From Octopus sinensis (lineage: Eukaryota): a stretch of DNA of 20,561 nucleotides. Made by a program: the position numbers and the translations under genes. The notes beneath the pieces were generated by a model. It was not told where the DNA came from and ran no database searches. It saw only the letters and a program-made list of their open reading frames with translations. How positions within the stretch are numbered: position 1 is the first letter of the stretch; each line of letters opens with the position of its first letter. The DNA lies in contig NW_021823957.1 in the NCBI RefSeq assembly GCF_006345805.1, positions 1 to 20,561 of the forward strand. The letters are read 5' to 3'. Positions 19,654 through 20,561 of this stretch are shown here, piece after piece.

Positions 19654-20561
19654 TTAGTTAGTTAGTTAGTTAGTTAGTTAATTTGGCTCAAAAGCAAATA
19701 GCAAGGCCATGTAGGGGGACATGGAGTTAAGTACAGGGTGGTGTTCATGTAAAGAGTTCAGGCCACTTGAGGTCCAGGGAGGCTTTGAACAAAGCGGTCG
19801 TCGGCATCTTCGCCATCTCGTCTGGCAGCTTGTTCGACGGACCCGCAACCCGACGGAGAAAGCTCCTCTCCTTCGATTGAGATAAATCGTCGCAGGTACA
19901 GCTTTTCGGAATGACCCCGCAGCCGACGCTCTGGAGAAGGAGTGAAGAACTGCTCTTTCGAGAGGTTACACTTTCCGCTAATGATGTTGTGAGCAAGAAT
20001 GAGAGATTACCACGGGTTCGTCTAGGGGGACATGGAGTTAAGTACAGGGTGGTGTTCATGTAAAGAGTTCAGGCCACTTGAGGTCAAGGGAGGCTTTGAA
20101 CAAAGCGGTCGTCGGCATCTTCACCATCTCGTCTGGCAGCTTGTTCCACGGATCCGCAACCCGGACGGAGAAAGCTCCTCTCCTTCGATTGAGATGAAAT
20201 CGTCGCAGGTAGAGCTTTTCGGAATGACCCCGCAGCAGACGCTCTGGAGAAGGAGTGAAGAACTGCTCTTTCGAAAGGTTACACTTTCCGCTAATGATGT
20301 TGTAGGCGAGAATGAGATCACCACAGCGCGCGGCGTTTTTTCTAGAGAATAAAGGTCGAGCGTCTTCAGCCTTTCTTCATAGGAACAAATTTTGAGACCA
20401 TCAATCATGTGGGTAGCCAGCTCTGGACTCTTTCGAGATGCTGAATGTCTTTGAGAGATAAGGAGAAGAGGCTTGAATCCCGTACTCCAATATGGGTCTC
20501 ACCAGCGAATATAGAGTGGTAGGAATATGGCTGCTGTGAGCATTCCGAATGACCGTCGAAT
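19654..20561 (-). mobile_element. Second CR1-clade LINE copy with a tandemly duplicated 3' end; runs off the window
   Basis: Longer (TTAG)n tail, then near identity to 10104-10682. The segment starting tagggggacatgg occurs at both 19712 and 20023. Confidence 0.95.

Noticed and set aside
12865-19657. Dozens of MYVC/HTYI-rich ORFs (also 1498-1850, 3394-3588, 4113-4568, 5935-6123)
   Set aside because: Translations of microsatellites that lack stop codons, not genes.
10086-20561. CR1 pair as LTRs of one element or as a segmental duplication
   Set aside because: Both are LINE 3' ends with microsatellite tails and unrelated flanks, and there is no gag/pol between them.

Overview
Repeat-dominated eukaryotic DNA, most likely an octopus (inferred from recalled SINE, RTE and MITE families and very dense TA/TATG/TG microsatellites, not from a search). 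There are no prokaryotic features, CRISPR arrays or true RNA genes. The only host coding signal I can support is the 3' end of a minus-strand gene: exons 9851-9780 and 8273-8074 splice in frame into a complete C-terminal death domain resembling PIDD1's, followed by a plausible polyA site near 7830. The ORF track misses this join. The rest is decayed or truncated mobile DNA: RTE, CR1 and Tx1/L1 LINEs, tRNA-derived SINEs (one expanded into a 6.4-unit tandem array), Tc1 and mariner fragments, a Helitron helicase fragment and MITE ends, plus more than 5 kb of low-complexity sequence. The best leads are a 15-bp hairpin burying the donor of the frame-preserving death-domain exon, a possible antisense exon sharing that hairpin, the SINE array with a hypervariable 7-nt loop, several fold-back inverted repeats, and a ~545-bp duplication of apparently simple sequence. 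I cannot claim a demonstrated novel system; these are testable hypotheses. Some indel differences between repeat copies look like long-read assembly errors.
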